From assembly GCA_035654035.1 (NCBI GenBank), contig DASRXY010000061.1:1-33537 (forward strand): 33,537 nt of DNA. Reading direction: 5' to 3'. Below, piece by piece: positions 7,929 through 18,253 of the stretch (positions are counted from its first letter, which is position 1; the number at the start of each line of letters is the position of its first letter). The notes under the pieces were generated by a model. It saw only the letters and a program-made list of their open reading frames with translations, ran no database searches and was not told the DNA's origin. The position numbers and the translations under genes were made by a program. This DNA is from Sphingobium sp. Lineage in GTDB: Bacteria > Pseudomonadota > Alphaproteobacteria > Sphingomonadales > Sphingomonadaceae.

Positions 7929-8951
7929 ATGAAGGGTGCGTATCTTTCGCCGCCGGTCGATGATCGGCTGATCTGGGAAGCGTGGCTCTCCTGCCACAAC
8001 CTGCCAGCCATGCTCGCCGCCGATGCGATCGGTCTGTTCGACGCGCTGACCGAGGGGCCGCGCGAAGTGCAGGACTTGGCGACAGCCTGCAACGTCAATG
8101 CCCGCGCCCTCGGCGTCGTCGCGGCGCTGCTCTGCGCGCTCGGCCTGCTCGTGCGCCGGGAAGGGCGACTTGGCCTCACGCCCACCAGCCGACATTATCT
8201 GGTGAAGTCCAGCGGCTTCTACTGGGGCACGCTGATCGGCATCTATCGCGAGAGGATGCCGCTTTACGATCAGATCATGGCTGCGCTCGCGCCCGACGCG
8301 GCGCATCAGGGCAGCGGCCCAGCAAGCGGCTGGGCGGAGGGTTCCATCGGCCTGGAACAGGCCCGGCACATCGCTGCCTTCATGCATGCCCATAGTTGCG
8401 CGCCGGCCATCGGTGCCGCACGCAGCGGCGCCTTCCGCGAGGTCAAACGCCTGCTCGACGTGGGCGCGGGCTCGGGCGTCTTCTCCATCGCCGCCGCGCA
8501 GGCCTGTCCACAATTGCGAGCGACGATTATGGATCTCGATACCATGTGCGTCGCGGCCATGGAGTATGTACGCGACGGCGGCGTGGCGGATCGTGTGGAG
8601 AGCGCCGCCGTCGACATGTTCCGCGATCCCTGGCCCACCGGCCACGACGCGCTCTTCTTCTCCAACATCTTCCACGACTGGAACGAGGAGACCTGTATCG
8701 CGTTGGCAAGAAAAGCTTTCGATGTCCTCCCGTCCGGCGGACGCCTCTTCCTGCACGAGCAGCTCATGAACGACACGCTTGACGGCCCTGCCGTGACCGC
8801 CTCCTTCTCCATTTTGATGCTCATCGGCACACAGGGGCGGCAATATAGTCTGCCCGAGTTCCGCGGCATGCTGGCAGCGGCAGGCTTTGTCGATATGGAA
8901 GCGACGGCGACCTGCGGCCATTATTCGCTGGTCTGCGCGCGCAAGCCATAG
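7929..8951 (+). CDS. SAM-dependent O-methyltransferase (Methyltransf_2 with N-terminal dimerisation domain)
   Basis: LLDVGAGSG, DMFRDPWP, SNIFHDW, LPSGGRL; strong RBS GGGAGGGAG. Confidence 0.92.
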   Translation: MKGAYLSPPVDDRLIWEAWLSCHNLPAMLAADAIGLFDALTEGPREVQDLATACNVNARALGVVAALLCALGLLVRREGRLGLTPTSRHYLVKSSGFYWGTLIGIYRERMPLYDQIMAALAPDAAHQGSGPASGWAEGSIGLEQARHIAAFMHAHSCAPAIGAARSGAFREVKRLLDVGAGSGVFSIAAAQACPQLRATIMDLDTMCVAAMEYVRDGGVADRVESAAVDMFRDPWPTGHDALFFSNIFHDWNEETCIALARKAFDVLPSGGRLFLHEQLMNDTLDGPAVTASFSILMLIGTQGRQYSLPEFRGMLAAAGFVDMEATATCGHYSLVCARKP

Positions 8952-8970
8952 GGAGAGGCGCACACCGCTC

Positions 8971-9918
8971 ATGCTCAAACGGTCGTCTCAGTCACCTGAA
9001 GCACGCCGTCGCCGGCAGAGCGAACGCAAGCGTCGCGGCTTCAAGCGGCAGATGGAGCGTATCGGCACGCGCGAGGTGCTCAAGCGGGTCGCGCTTGGCG
9101 TCTATTCGGACGGGTTCATCCACGCCGGCAATCTCGCCTATCTGACGCTGATGGCGCTGTTTCCCTTCTTCATCGTCGCAGCAGCGGTGGCAGAAATCCT
9201 CGGCCGCACGCGCGGCGGCCTGGAGGCCGTCAACGGCTTCCTGCTCACCGTGCCACCCAATGTCGCCGATGTGCTGCGCCCTGCCATCACCGATGTGCTG
9301 AGCGCGCGCACCGGCAATCTGCTCTGGTTCGGCGCGGCTGTGGGCCTCTGGACCGTCGGCAGTCTCATCGAGACGCTGCGCGACATCCTGCGCCGGGCCT
9401 ATGGCACCAAGTCCAACCATCCCTTCTGGCATTATCGCCTGCGCGCCATGGGCATGATCGTCGCCTGCGTGTTCGGCCTGCTGGTGGCGCTTTCGCTGCA
9501 AGTAACCCTGACAGCGATGGAAACGGTGGTGGAAAAGTTCTTCCCCTTCGCGGATCTGGCGACCAGCCTGATCGTTGCCAGCAAGCTGGTGCCCGCCGCC
9601 CTCCTGTTCCTCGCGCTCTATTTCCTGTTCGTGGCGCTCACCCCCTCGCCTTATCGCGCGCCGCACTTCCCCAAATGGCCCGGCGCCGCCTTCACCGCGA
9701 TCTGGTGGTATGGCACGCTGATGCTGCTGCCTATCGTCCTTTCCAACATTGGCAGCTACAGCCTCACCTATGGCGGCCTGGCCGGCACGATGGTGACGCT
9801 CATTTTTTTCTTCATCATCGGGCTTGGCGTGGTAATTGGCGCCGAACTCAATGCGGCGCTGGCCGAATTTCCCGATGAGGGCGAGCCAGCGGAAGAGACG
9901 GAGGAACATCCCATATGA
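8971..9918 (+). CDS. YihY/virulence factor BrkB family membrane protein
   Basis: AGNLAYLTLMALFPF, YSLTYGGLAG, GAELNAAL; start ATG 8971 after GGGAGAGG. Confidence 0.9.
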   Translation: MLKRSSQSPEARRRRQSERKRRGFKRQMERIGTREVLKRVALGVYSDGFIHAGNLAYLTLMALFPFFIVAAAVAEILGRTRGGLEAVNGFLLTVPPNVADVLRPAITDVLSARTGNLLWFGAAVGLWTVGSLIETLRDILRRAYGTKSNHPFWHYRLRAMGMIVACVFGLLVALSLQVTLTAMETVVEKFFPFADLATSLIVASKLVPAALLFLALYFLFVALTPSPYRAPHFPKWPGAAFTAIWWYGTLMLLPIVLSNIGSYSLTYGGLAGTMVTLIFFFIIGLGVVIGAELNAALAEFPDEGEPAEETEEHPI

Positions 9919-10721
9919 CGGGCCTTATGGCTGGCAAGCGCGGACTCATCATGGGGCTTGCCAACGACAAGTCGCTTGCCTGGGGCATCGCGAAGGCCTT
10001 GCATGCGCATGGCGCGCAACTGGCCTTCTCCTATCAGGGGGAGGCGCTGCTCAAGCGCGTCCAGCCGCTTGCCGAGCAGCTCGATTCCGATCTGCTCATC
10101 GATTGCGACGTGGCCGATATGGATGCGCTCGACACCGCATTCGACGAACTGAAGGCGCGCTGGCCGACCATCGACTTCGTGGTCCACGCCATCGGCTTCT
10201 CGGACAAGAACCAGTTGCGCGGGCGTTACTACGACACCACGCTCGACAATTTCCTGATGACCATGAACATCAGCGCCTACAGCCTGGTGGCGGTCGCCAA
10301 GCGCGCGCGGGAGATGATGCCGCAGGGCGGCTCGATCCTGACGCTCACTTATTACGGCGCGGAGAAGGTCATCCCGCACTACAACGTCATGGGTGTGGCC
10401 AAGGCCGCGCTGGAGACGAGCGTCAAATATCTCGCCGTGGATATGGGGCCGGAGAAGATCCGCGTGAATGCCATCTCAGCGGGCCCCATCCAGACGCTGG
10501 CAGCGCGCGGCATCGGCGACTTCAACTATATCCTCAAGTGGAACGAGCTGAACTCGCCGATGCGTCGTACCGTCACGATCGAGGATGTAGGCGGCGCCGG
10601 TCTCTACATGCTGAGCGACCTCGCCTCTGGGGTGACGGGCGAAATCCATCATGTCGATGCGGGCTACAATGTCATCGGCATGAAAGCGGAGGATGCGCCG
10701 GACATCGCCCTGAGCACATGA
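9915..10721 (+). CDS. fabI: Enoyl-ACP reductase FabI
   Basis: GLANDKSLAWGIA, YNVMGVAKAALE, NAISAGPI, HVDAGY. Confidence 0.97.
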   Translation: MTGLMAGKRGLIMGLANDKSLAWGIAKALHAHGAQLAFSYQGEALLKRVQPLAEQLDSDLLIDCDVADMDALDTAFDELKARWPTIDFVVHAIGFSDKNQLRGRYYDTTLDNFLMTMNISAYSLVAVAKRAREMMPQGGSILTLTYYGAEKVIPHYNVMGVAKAALETSVKYLAVDMGPEKIRVNAISAGPIQTLAARGIGDFNYILKWNELNSPMRRTVTIEDVGGAGLYMLSDLASGVTGEIHHVDAGYNVIGMKAEDAPDIALST

Positions 10722-10749
10722 GGCGGCCGCGCCTTTGGGGCACGGGACG

Positions 10750-11277
10750 ATGAGCAGCCTTGCCATCCGGGCCGTGGACGAGACGGCGCTGGACGAGGTG
10801 GCAGCGCTGCACGCCGCCGCCTTCGGGGCCTCCCCACACGGCTACCATGGCGAGGCCGAGCTGGTGCGCGCGCTGCACGAGGCGGGCGATGCGCTGGTCA
10901 GCCTGGGCGCGTGGCAACGGGACACCCTTGTCGGCCATGTCCTCTTCAGCCGCATGCGCGTTCATGCCGACGCCCTCCCCGTTGCCGCCGCAGCGCTCGG
11001 CCCGATCGCGGTCGCGCCGGACTGGCGAAGGCGCGGCATTGGCGCCGCCCTCATCGAGGCCGGCCACGCGGCCCTGCGAAAGGCTGGCGTGCAACTAGTC
11101 TTCGTGCTCGGCGACCCGGCTTATTATGGCCGTTTCGGCTACACGCCGGACCGCGCGGCGCCCTTTGCCAGCCCCTATGCCGGCCCCTTCTTCATGGCCT
11201 GTACTCTGGACAGCACGCTGCCAAGGCCGCAAAGGGGCGAGGCGATCCACGCCGCTGCTTTATCACGACTAGGCTGA
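10750..11277 (+). CDS. GNAT-family N-acetyltransferase (YhbS-like)
   Basis: VGHVLFS, LGPIAVAPDWRRRGIGAALI, VLGDPAYYGRFGY. Confidence 0.9.
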   Translation: MSSLAIRAVDETALDEVAALHAAAFGASPHGYHGEAELVRALHEAGDALVSLGAWQRDTLVGHVLFSRMRVHADALPVAAAALGPIAVAPDWRRRGIGAALIEAGHAALRKAGVQLVFVLGDPAYYGRFGYTPDRAAPFASPYAGPFFMACTLDSTLPRPQRGEAIHAAALSRLG

Positions 11278-11280
11278 GAG

Positions 11281-12351
11281 ATGAGCTACAATATATTCGG
11301 CCGCGCGCTGCGCATGACCACCTGGGGCGAGAGCCACGGTCCCGCCATTGGCGTGGTGGTGGACGGTTGCCCGCCGGGCCTGCCGCTCAGCGAGGCCGAC
11401 GTGCAGCCCTGGCTGGACAAGCGGCGGCCCGGCACCTCGCGCTTCACCACGCAACGCCGCGAGCCGGACGAAGTGCGCATCCTCTCCGGCGTGTTCGAGG
11501 GGCGCACCACCGGCACGCCGATCAGCATGCTGATCGAGAATGTCGACCAGCGCTCCAAGGATTATTCAGATGTCGCGCGGGCCTACCGGCCCGGCCATGC
11601 CGATTATAGCTACGACGCCAAATACGGCTTCCGTGACTATCGTGGGGGCGGCCGCAGTTCGGCACGCGAGACGGCGTGCCGCGTGGCGGCGGGCGTGGTG
11701 GCGCGGCTCATCATCAGCAATGTCCAGATCACCGGCTATGTCTGCGAAATCGGTGGCGATGCCATCGATCCCGACAATTTCGACCGGCATGAGATCGACC
11801 AGAACCCCTTCTTCTGCCCCGATGCCAAGGCCGCAGCCCGCTGGGAAGCACTGGTCGACGCCGCGCGCAAGGATGGCTCCTCGCTCGGCGCGGTGGTGGA
11901 ATGCGTAGCGACGGGCGTGCCCGCCGGCTGGGGCGCGCCGCTCTATGCCAAGCTCGATAGCGAGCTGGCCGGCGCGATGATGAGCATCAACGCCGTAAAG
12001 GGCGTCGAGATCGGCGACGGCTTCGCGGCGGCGCGGTTGCGCGGTGAGCAGAATGCCGACCCGATGCGGCCGGGCGCGACGGGACGGCCCGATTTCCTGG
12101 CCAACCATGCAGGCGGCATCGCCGGTGGCATCTCCACCGGCCAGCCGGTGAAGCTGCGCGCAGCCTTCAAGCCGACCAGTTCCATTCTGATCCCGCAGCA
12201 GACGGTGACGCGAGAAGGCGAAGCGACCGATCTCGCCACCAAGGGCCGCCACGACCCCTGCGTGGGTATTCGCGGCGTGCCGGTCGTGGAGGCGATGATG
12301 GCGCTGGTCCTTGCCGACCAGATGATGCTGCATCGTGCACAATGCGGCTGA
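11281..12351 (+). CDS. aroC: Chorismate synthase
   Basis: [40 protein letters not shown]. Confidence 0.98.
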   Translation: MSYNIFGRALRMTTWGESHGPAIGVVVDGCPPGLPLSEADVQPWLDKRRPGTSRFTTQRREPDEVRILSGVFEGRTTGTPISMLIENVDQRSKDYSDVARAYRPGHADYSYDAKYGFRDYRGGGRSSARETACRVAAGVVARLIISNVQITGYVCEIGGDAIDPDNFDRHEIDQNPFFCPDAKAAARWEALVDAARKDGSSLGAVVECVATGVPAGWGAPLYAKLDSELAGAMMSINAVKGVEIGDGFAAARLRGEQNADPMRPGATGRPDFLANHAGGIAGGISTGQPVKLRAAFKPTSSILIPQQTVTREGEATDLATKGRHDPCVGIRGVPVVEAMMALVLADQMMLHRAQCG

Positions 12352-12947
12352 GGTCGGTTGCCACGCTCGCGCTGCTGGCCATGCTCGCGGCGTGCGGGCG
12401 CGGCGATGACGGGCACGAACCGACCGCTGATGACAGCGTGATTTCCGCCGAGGAGGCCGCCGACGTTCCGTTGGCGCCCGACGGCGATGCACCAGCGGCC
12501 GCACCGGACATGGAAGCGCGGCTCGACGCTCTGGCTGGCGTGCGCGTGGGCATGACGGTGGCGCAACTGCGCGCAGCCGGCTTCCAGGTCGAAAAGGATG
12601 ACGGGCCGGACCCGGACAATCGCTGCGGCTATGCGCGCATCGCGCAGCTGCGCGCGCCCTTCTTCATGCTGGATGGCGAGCGGGTCGTGCGGATCGACGT
12701 GGACCGGCCCGGCTTCCCGACACTGGGCGGCGTGGAGATCGGCATGAGCGAGACCGAGGCGCAGCGCCGGCTCGGCAAGCGCGCTACGGTACGCCGTAAC
12801 CTCGTTGCCGGCGAGAGGAGCCATCTCTTCGTGGTGCACGAGGCCGGCGCGCCCCATGGCCTGATCGTCGAGACGGACGGCGCGCGCGTGGTGAGCTACC
12901 GCCTCGGTGAATGGGCGGCGGTCGACTCCAGCGCGGAATGCCTGTGA
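12342..12947 (+). CDS. Hypothetical lipoprotein
   Basis: Lipobox LLAMLAAC, acidic Ala/Pro linker, then a globular domain; overlaps the aroC stop and the yjbQ start. Confidence 0.75.
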   Translation: MRLRSVATLALLAMLAACGRGDDGHEPTADDSVISAEEAADVPLAPDGDAPAAAPDMEARLDALAGVRVGMTVAQLRAAGFQVEKDDGPDPDNRCGYARIAQLRAPFFMLDGERVVRIDVDRPGFPTLGGVEIGMSETEAQRRLGKRATVRRNLVAGERSHLFVVHEAGAPHGLIVETDGARVVSYRLGEWAAVDSSAECL

Positions 12948-13372
12948 GCACCACGCTGCGCCAGGCCACGGGGCTGCTCGCGGTCGATACGCCAGGCCGC
13001 ACACTGGTGGAGGTGACGGCCGAGGTAACGCGCTGGGTAGCCGGGCAGGACATGCGGCAGGGGCTGCTCACGCTTTTCTGCCGCCACACATCCGCCTCGC
13101 TCCTTATCCAGGAAAATGCCGCGCCGGCGGTGAAGACCGACCTGCTGGACTGGCTGGCACGTATCGCGCCGGAGGATGCCAGCTATGCGCATGACGATGA
13201 AGGGCCCGACGACATGCCGGCACATATCCGCACCATGCTGACCGGCGTGCAGATCGCTGTGCCGCTGATCGACGGGCGGCTGGCGCTGGGAACGTGGCAG
13301 GGTATCTACCTCGCCGAGCATCGCCGCGCGCCGCATCGCCGTGTACTGGCGCTGCACCTTATGGGCAGCTGA
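12944..13372 (+). CDS. yjbQ: YjbQ/UPF0047 family protein (secondary thiamine-phosphate synthase)
   Basis: HTSASLLIQEN, HDDEGPDDMPAHI, LGTWQGIYLAEHR; GTG start 12944. Confidence 0.92.
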   Translation: MSTTLRQATGLLAVDTPGRTLVEVTAEVTRWVAGQDMRQGLLTLFCRHTSASLLIQENAAPAVKTDLLDWLARIAPEDASYAHDDEGPDDMPAHIRTMLTGVQIAVPLIDGRLALGTWQGIYLAEHRRAPHRRVLALHLMGS

Positions 13373-13471
13373 TAAGATAGTTTTTACGGATCACACGCGC
13401 TGTCCGGCTTCGGCTCGACGCGTACCGGCCACCGATGGAAGACGGCCCGGCGCGGAGCTGCGACGACCGGC

Positions 13472-13496
13472 GGAACGGGCCGAGCGGCCTCGCATT
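13472..13496 (+). promoter_or_regulatory. Probable sigma-EcfG promoter
   Basis: GGAAC (13472-13476)-N16-CATT (13493-13496), ~50 nt upstream of ATG 13549. Confidence 0.5.
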
Positions 13497-13548
13497 CCCT
13501 CAGTCCCGGGGCTGATCGTCCCCGAACGGAATGAGAAGGAGAATTCCT

Positions 13549-13896
13549 ATGAACTATCTGTTTGCCGGAGCGGCCGCGGGTCTGCTTATCGCGGCAGCGG
13601 CGTCGGCCCAGATCGGCGGTGCGGCGGGCGGATCCGCGGATACCACGGTCGGCCCGGCCGACGGCGCCGTCAGCGGCAGCGTGCAGGGTCCGGTCGACAC
13701 CCCGCTCGACCAGGCCCGCGAGAACGCCAAGCGCGCCCAGCCGAACGCCAGCGACCGGCTGGGCCAGGCTGTCGAGGACGCCGACAACGCCGCAGAAGGC
13801 GTGACGCCGGATGCCTCGGCCAACAGCTCGGCAGGCGTCGTAACGCCGGACGCCTCGGCCGACGGCTCTGCCTCGACAAACACGGACGGACGCTGA
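13549..13896 (+). CDS. Small exported low-complexity acidic protein
   Basis: RBS AAGGAG; signal peptide ending ASA-Q; Ala/Gly/Asp/Ser rich with duplicated VTPDASA; followed by a terminator. Confidence 0.8.
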   Translation: MNYLFAGAAAGLLIAAAASAQIGGAAGGSADTTVGPADGAVSGSVQGPVDTPLDQARENAKRAQPNASDRLGQAVEDADNAAEGVTPDASANSSAGVVTPDASADGSASTNTDGR

Positions 13897-13931
13897 GCCG
13901 GGAGGTCTGCCCTCCAACCCTCCGGGCTCGC

Positions 13932-13963
13932 AGGGGCCGCGCTCACAGGGCGCGGCCCTTTTT
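13932..13963 (+). terminator. Rho-independent terminator
   Basis: AGGGGCCGCGCTC-ACA-GGGCGCGGCCCTT then TTT. Confidence 0.85.
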
Positions 13964-14067
13964 CGTGATGTTTGCGCTGCCTTCCCCGCGCTGTTACCCC
14001 TCTTGCAGATAGGCGAAAACAGACCGGGGTCACAAGGCGCCGGGGCCATGGGGAGCGAAACACGCGC

Positions 14068-15408
14068 ATGACGAATAATCTGACCCGGCAGATCGGCTAC
14101 GGCATGGTGCTGGGCCTTCTCCTGGGCCTGGCCCTCAACCTCACGCTGGGCGACGATGCCGCGCTCGCGGCCCGGATCGGCAGCTATTTCCACCTGCTCG
14201 CCGACGTTTTCCTCCATCTTATCAAGATGATCATCGCGCCGCTGGTCTTCGCCACACTGGTGGCGGGCATCGCCCATATGCACGACAGCGCAGCGCTGGG
14301 GCGCATCGGCGGACGGGCCATCGCCTGGTTCCTGATGGCAGCGCTGGTTTCGCTCTCGATCGGCATGCTCTTCGCCAATGTGCTGCGGCCGGGCGATGGG
14401 CTCAACCTCGTCGCACAGGGCGACGGTGCCACCGGCGGCGTGGACGCGGCCGCGCTCAATCTCAAAGATTTCGTGCTGCACGTCTTCCCCACCTCGATGG
14501 TGGACGCGATGGCGCAGAACAGCGTGCTTCAGATCGTGGTCTTTTCGCTCTTCATCGGCGTGGCGCTCACCGCCATCGGCGAGAAGGGCCAGCCCATCGT
14601 CACGCTGATCGAATCGCTGGTCGAGCTGATGCTGCAAGTGACCAACTATGTGATGCGCTTCGCTCCCGTGGCGGTGTTCGGCGCCATTGCGGCGGTCATT
14701 ACCGAGCGCGGCCTCGGCGTGCTGTGGAGCTTCGGCACGTTGCTCGGCTCCTTCTATCTGGCGCTGTTCACCTTGTGGGTGGTGATGGCGCTGGCCGGCT
14801 ATCTCTTCCTCGGCCGGCGGATGACGCATCTGCTGAGGCAGATCCGCACACCCATTCTCGTCGCCTTCTCCACGGCCTCATCGGAAGCGGTCTATCCCAA
14901 GCTGCTGGAACAGCTCGACCGCTTCGGCGTGCCGCGCCGCATCTCCAGCTTCGTGCTGCCTCTGGGCTACAGCTTCAATCTCGACGGCTCGATGATGTAT
15001 GCGAGCTTCGCGACGCTGTTCATCGCACAGGCGTACAACATCGATGTGCCGATCGGCACGCAGATCACCATCCTCCTGGTGCTGATGGTCACCAGCAAGG
15101 GCATTGCCGCCGTGCCGCGCGCCAGCCTGGTGGTGGTGGCCGCGACGCTGGCGCAGTTCAACCTGCCGGTGGAGGGCATCGCCTTCATCCTGGCCGTCGA
15201 TCATTTCATGGACATGGGCCGCACCATGACCAATGTCATCGGCAATGCCGTCGCGACCAGTGTCGTCACCAAATGGGAAGGCATGCTGGAAGTGGAGGAG
15301 CTGGAGGACGCGCCCTATCCGCGCGCGCCGGCGCATAGCGTCTCCGGCGGCAAGGGCGGGCTGGACCTCGCCCCGGATATGGTGCGCGACGAACGCGAGC
15401 AAGGCTGA
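14068..15408 (+). CDS. Dicarboxylate/amino acid:cation symporter (GltP/DctA family)
   Basis: LIKMIIAPLVF, AFSTASSEA, PLGYSFNLDG, TSKGIAAVPRAS, DMGRT.TNVIGN. Confidence 0.95.
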   Translation: MTNNLTRQIGYGMVLGLLLGLALNLTLGDDAALAARIGSYFHLLADVFLHLIKMIIAPLVFATLVAGIAHMHDSAALGRIGGRAIAWFLMAALVSLSIGMLFANVLRPGDGLNLVAQGDGATGGVDAAALNLKDFVLHVFPTSMVDAMAQNSVLQIVVFSLFIGVALTAIGEKGQPIVTLIESLVELMLQVTNYVMRFAPVAVFGAIAAVITERGLGVLWSFGTLLGSFYLALFTLWVVMALAGYLFLGRRMTHLLRQIRTPILVAFSTASSEAVYPKLLEQLDRFGVPRRISSFVLPLGYSFNLDGSMMYASFATLFIAQAYNIDVPIGTQITILLVLMVTSKGIAAVPRASLVVVAATLAQFNLPVEGIAFILAVDHFMDMGRTMTNVIGNAVATSVVTKWEGMLEVEELEDAPYPRAPAHSVSGGKGGLDLAPDMVRDEREQG

Positions 15409-15422
15409 GACGGAGGCATCCG

Positions 15423-16232
15423 ATGAGCGCGCAACAGAATGTCCAGGACGCGCGGGACTATGGCCGCAAGGTGGATTTCGGCCGGGCGGCGAGCGATTAT
15501 GCCACGCACCGCGCCGGCTTCCCGCCCCGCTTCTTCGCGCGGATCGCCGCGCAGCTCAGTCTGGCGCCAGGCATGCACGCACTTGATCTCGGCACCGGAA
15601 CGGGCACGGTGGCACGCGGACTGGCGGGGCTTGGCCTTGCGGTCGACGCCATCGATCCCAGTGCCCCGCTGATGGAGGAGGCCCGCGTGCTCGACGAGGC
15701 GGAGAGCGTGCGGGTGCGCTACCATGTCGGCAAGGCCGAAGCGCTGCCTTTTGCCGAGGCGGCCTTCGATCTCGTCACGGCGGGCCAGTGCTGGCACTGG
15801 TTCGACCGGCCGAGAGCGGCGGCGGAGGCCCTGCGCGTGCTGCGGCCGGGCGGCGCGCTGGTCATCTGCCATTTCGACTGGCTGCCGCTGCCCGGCAACA
15901 TGGTCGAGGCGACCGAGGACTTGATCCGCGCCCATAATCCCGACTGGACGATGGGACGCGGGACGGGGCTCTACGGCCAGTGGCTGGCGGACATGAGCCA
16001 TGCCGGCTTCACCGGCATCGAAACCGCCTCGTTCGATCATGACCAGCCCTACAGCCATGCCGACTGGCGCGGCCGGCTGCGGGCGAGCGCACCGGTCAAG
16101 GCCAGCCGGGACGCGGCGAGCGTCGCGCGCTTCGATGCTGATCTCGGCGCGCTGCTGGCCGCGCGCTGGCCGGCCGAACCGCTCATGGTGCCGCACCGAG
16201 TCTGGTGGGCCTGCGCACGAAAGCCGGGCTGA
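15423..16232 (+). CDS. Class I SAM-dependent methyltransferase
   Basis: ALDLGTGTG, FDLVTAGQCWHWF, RVLRPGG. Confidence 0.9.
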   Translation: MSAQQNVQDARDYGRKVDFGRAASDYATHRAGFPPRFFARIAAQLSLAPGMHALDLGTGTGTVARGLAGLGLAVDAIDPSAPLMEEARVLDEAESVRVRYHVGKAEALPFAEAAFDLVTAGQCWHWFDRPRAAAEALRVLRPGGALVICHFDWLPLPGNMVEATEDLIRAHNPDWTMGRGTGLYGQWLADMSHAGFTGIETASFDHDQPYSHADWRGRLRASAPVKASRDAASVARFDADLGALLAARWPAEPLMVPHRVWWACARKPG

Positions 16233-16321
16233 GACTTGCCAAAGGCCCGCCGGTCCACCACTTGAGCAGGCAATGAAGACCGACACCCAGGGACGCGCGC
16301 GTGGCGCATAGAGCACATGGC

Positions 16322-18184
16322 ATGACCGGCGACGCGGACCAGAAGCTGGCCTCGGGCTGGGCGACGCTGCGCCGCTTCCTGCCCTATCTCTGGCCCCATG
16401 GCGACGCGGGGCTGCGCGCCCGCATTGTCGCGGCGCTGGCGCTCGTGCTGGTAGGCAAGGCCATCGTGCTCGTCATGCCCTTCGCCTACAAGGGCATCAT
16501 CGACGGCATGGCGCCGGGCATGGAGGGGCAGGCAGGCCTCGCATTGGCGCTCGTCGCGGCCTATGCCGGCGCCCGCTTCGGCGGCGTGCTCTCCGACAAT
16601 CTGCGCAATGTCGCCTTCGAGCGGGTCGGCCGCAACGCCCAGCGCCTGATTGCCGAGCAAGTGCTGCGCCACCTGCACCAGCTCTCGCTGCGCTTCCATC
16701 TCAACCGCAAGACCGGCGGCGTCACGCGCGTCGTGGAGCGGGGCACCTCGACCATCGAGACGATGCTCTACTTCATGCTCTTCAACATCGCGCCGACGTT
16801 CATCGAGCTGGCCGCGGTGTGCATCATCTTCCAGGTGAAGTTCGGCTTCGGCCTGGTGGCGGCGACGCTGGCGATGGTGGCGCTCTACATCCTCTTCACC
16901 CAGAAGATCACCGAGTGGCGCAACCATCTGCGCCGCGAGATGGTGGACCTGGACACCGGCGCCGTGGCGCACGCCGTGGACAGCCTGCTCAATTTCGAGA
17001 CGGTCAAATATTTCTCCGCCGAGGCGCGCGAGGGCGAGCGCTACGGCGCGGCGCAGCGGCGCTACATGGACGCGGCGACCAAGAGCAACAACAGCCTCGC
17101 CCTGCTCAATATCGGCCAGGCGCTCATCACCAACCTGATGATGGGCGGCGCCATGGCCTATACGGTGTGGGGCTGGAGCGTCGGCCGGTTCACGCCGGGC
17201 GACGTGGTGCTGGTCAACAGCCTGCTCATGCAGCTTTTCCGACCGCTGGACCTGCTGGGCATGGTCTATCGCACCATCCGCCAGGGTCTCATCGACATGG
17301 AGGCGATGTTCAAGCTGATCGACACGCCGCAGGAAGTGCTCGACAAGCCCGGCGCACAACCGCTTGCCGTCACAGCGGGCGAGGTCCGCTTCGAGGACGT
17401 GGTGTTCGGCTATGATCCCGGCCGCACGATCCTCAAGGGCGTTTCCTTCACGGTGCCGGCGGGGCACACGCTCGCCATCGTCGGCGCATCGGGCGCGGGC
17501 AAGTCCACCATCTCGCGGCTGCTCTACCGCTTCTACGACATTCAGGGCGGGCGCATCCTCATCGACGGGCAAGACATCAGCGCCGTCACGCAGGATTCGC
17601 TGCGGCACGCCATCGGCATCGTGCCGCAGGACATGGTGCTGTTCAACGAGACGATCGGCTACAATATCGGCTATGGCCGCGACGGCGCGACCCAGGCCGA
17701 GATCGAGCAGGCCGCGCGCGGCGCCGCTATCGAGCGCTTCATCGAGGCACAGCCGCTCGGCTACGATACGCGCGTGGGCGAGCGGGGCCTCAAGCTCTCG
17801 GGCGGCGAGAAGCAGCGCGTGGCGATTGCCCGCACGCTGGTCAAGGACCCGCCCATCCTCATTCTCGACGAAGCAACCAGCGCACTCGACAGCCGCACTG
17901 AAGCCGCGATCCAGGGCGTGCTCGACAATGTCGCGGCGCGGCGCACCACGCTCATCATCGCCCACCGCCTCTCGACCATCGCCCACGCCGAGAAGATCAT
18001 CGTGATGGACGACGGCCGCATCGTCGAGGAAGGGACGCACGCCGAACTGTTGGCACTGGGCGGCCACTACGCGCAGATGTGGGCGCGCCAGGCAGCGGAG
18101 CGAATGAACCCGCAGGCTGGGCCGGGGGAGGCAGAGGCGGATGCGGAGACGGATACCGCCTCGCTGGAAGACGCGGCGGAATAG
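16322..18184 (+). CDS. ATM1/ABCB7-type ABC exporter (fused TMD-NBD)
   Basis: DSLLNFETVKYF, Walker A GASGAGKST, LSGGEKQRVAIAR, Walker B ILILDEATSALD. Confidence 0.95.
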   Translation: MTGDADQKLASGWATLRRFLPYLWPHGDAGLRARIVAALALVLVGKAIVLVMPFAYKGIIDGMAPGMEGQAGLALALVAAYAGARFGGVLSDNLRNVAFERVGRNAQRLIAEQVLRHLHQLSLRFHLNRKTGGVTRVVERGTSTIETMLYFMLFNIAPTFIELAAVCIIFQVKFGFGLVAATLAMVALYILFTQKITEWRNHLRREMVDLDTGAVAHAVDSLLNFETVKYFSAEAREGERYGAAQRRYMDAATKSNNSLALLNIGQALITNLMMGGAMAYTVWGWSVGRFTPGDVVLVNSLLMQLFRPLDLLGMVYRTIRQGLIDMEAMFKLIDTPQEVLDKPGAQPLAVTAGEVRFEDVVFGYDPGRTILKGVSFTVPAGHTLAIVGASGAGKSTISRLLYRFYDIQGGRILIDGQDISAVTQDSLRHAIGIVPQDMVLFNETIGYNIGYGRDGATQAEIEQAARGAAIERFIEAQPLGYDTRVGERGLKLSGGEKQRVAIARTLVKDPPILILDEATSALDSRTEAAIQGVLDNVAARRTTLIIAHRLSTIAHAEKIIVMDDGRIVEEGTHAELLALGGHYAQMWARQAAERMNPQAGPGEAEADAETDTASLEDAAE

Positions 18185-18253
18185 TCTCCCTTCGACAAGC
18201 CGGGACGTGAAGCGTAGGAAAAAGGCGGCTCCATCCACGGGAAAGGAGGCCCC

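Noticed and set aside
18187..18220. CCCTTCGACAAGC, possible remnant of another REP family
   Set aside because: Only a short half-match with no partner arm; too weak to call.
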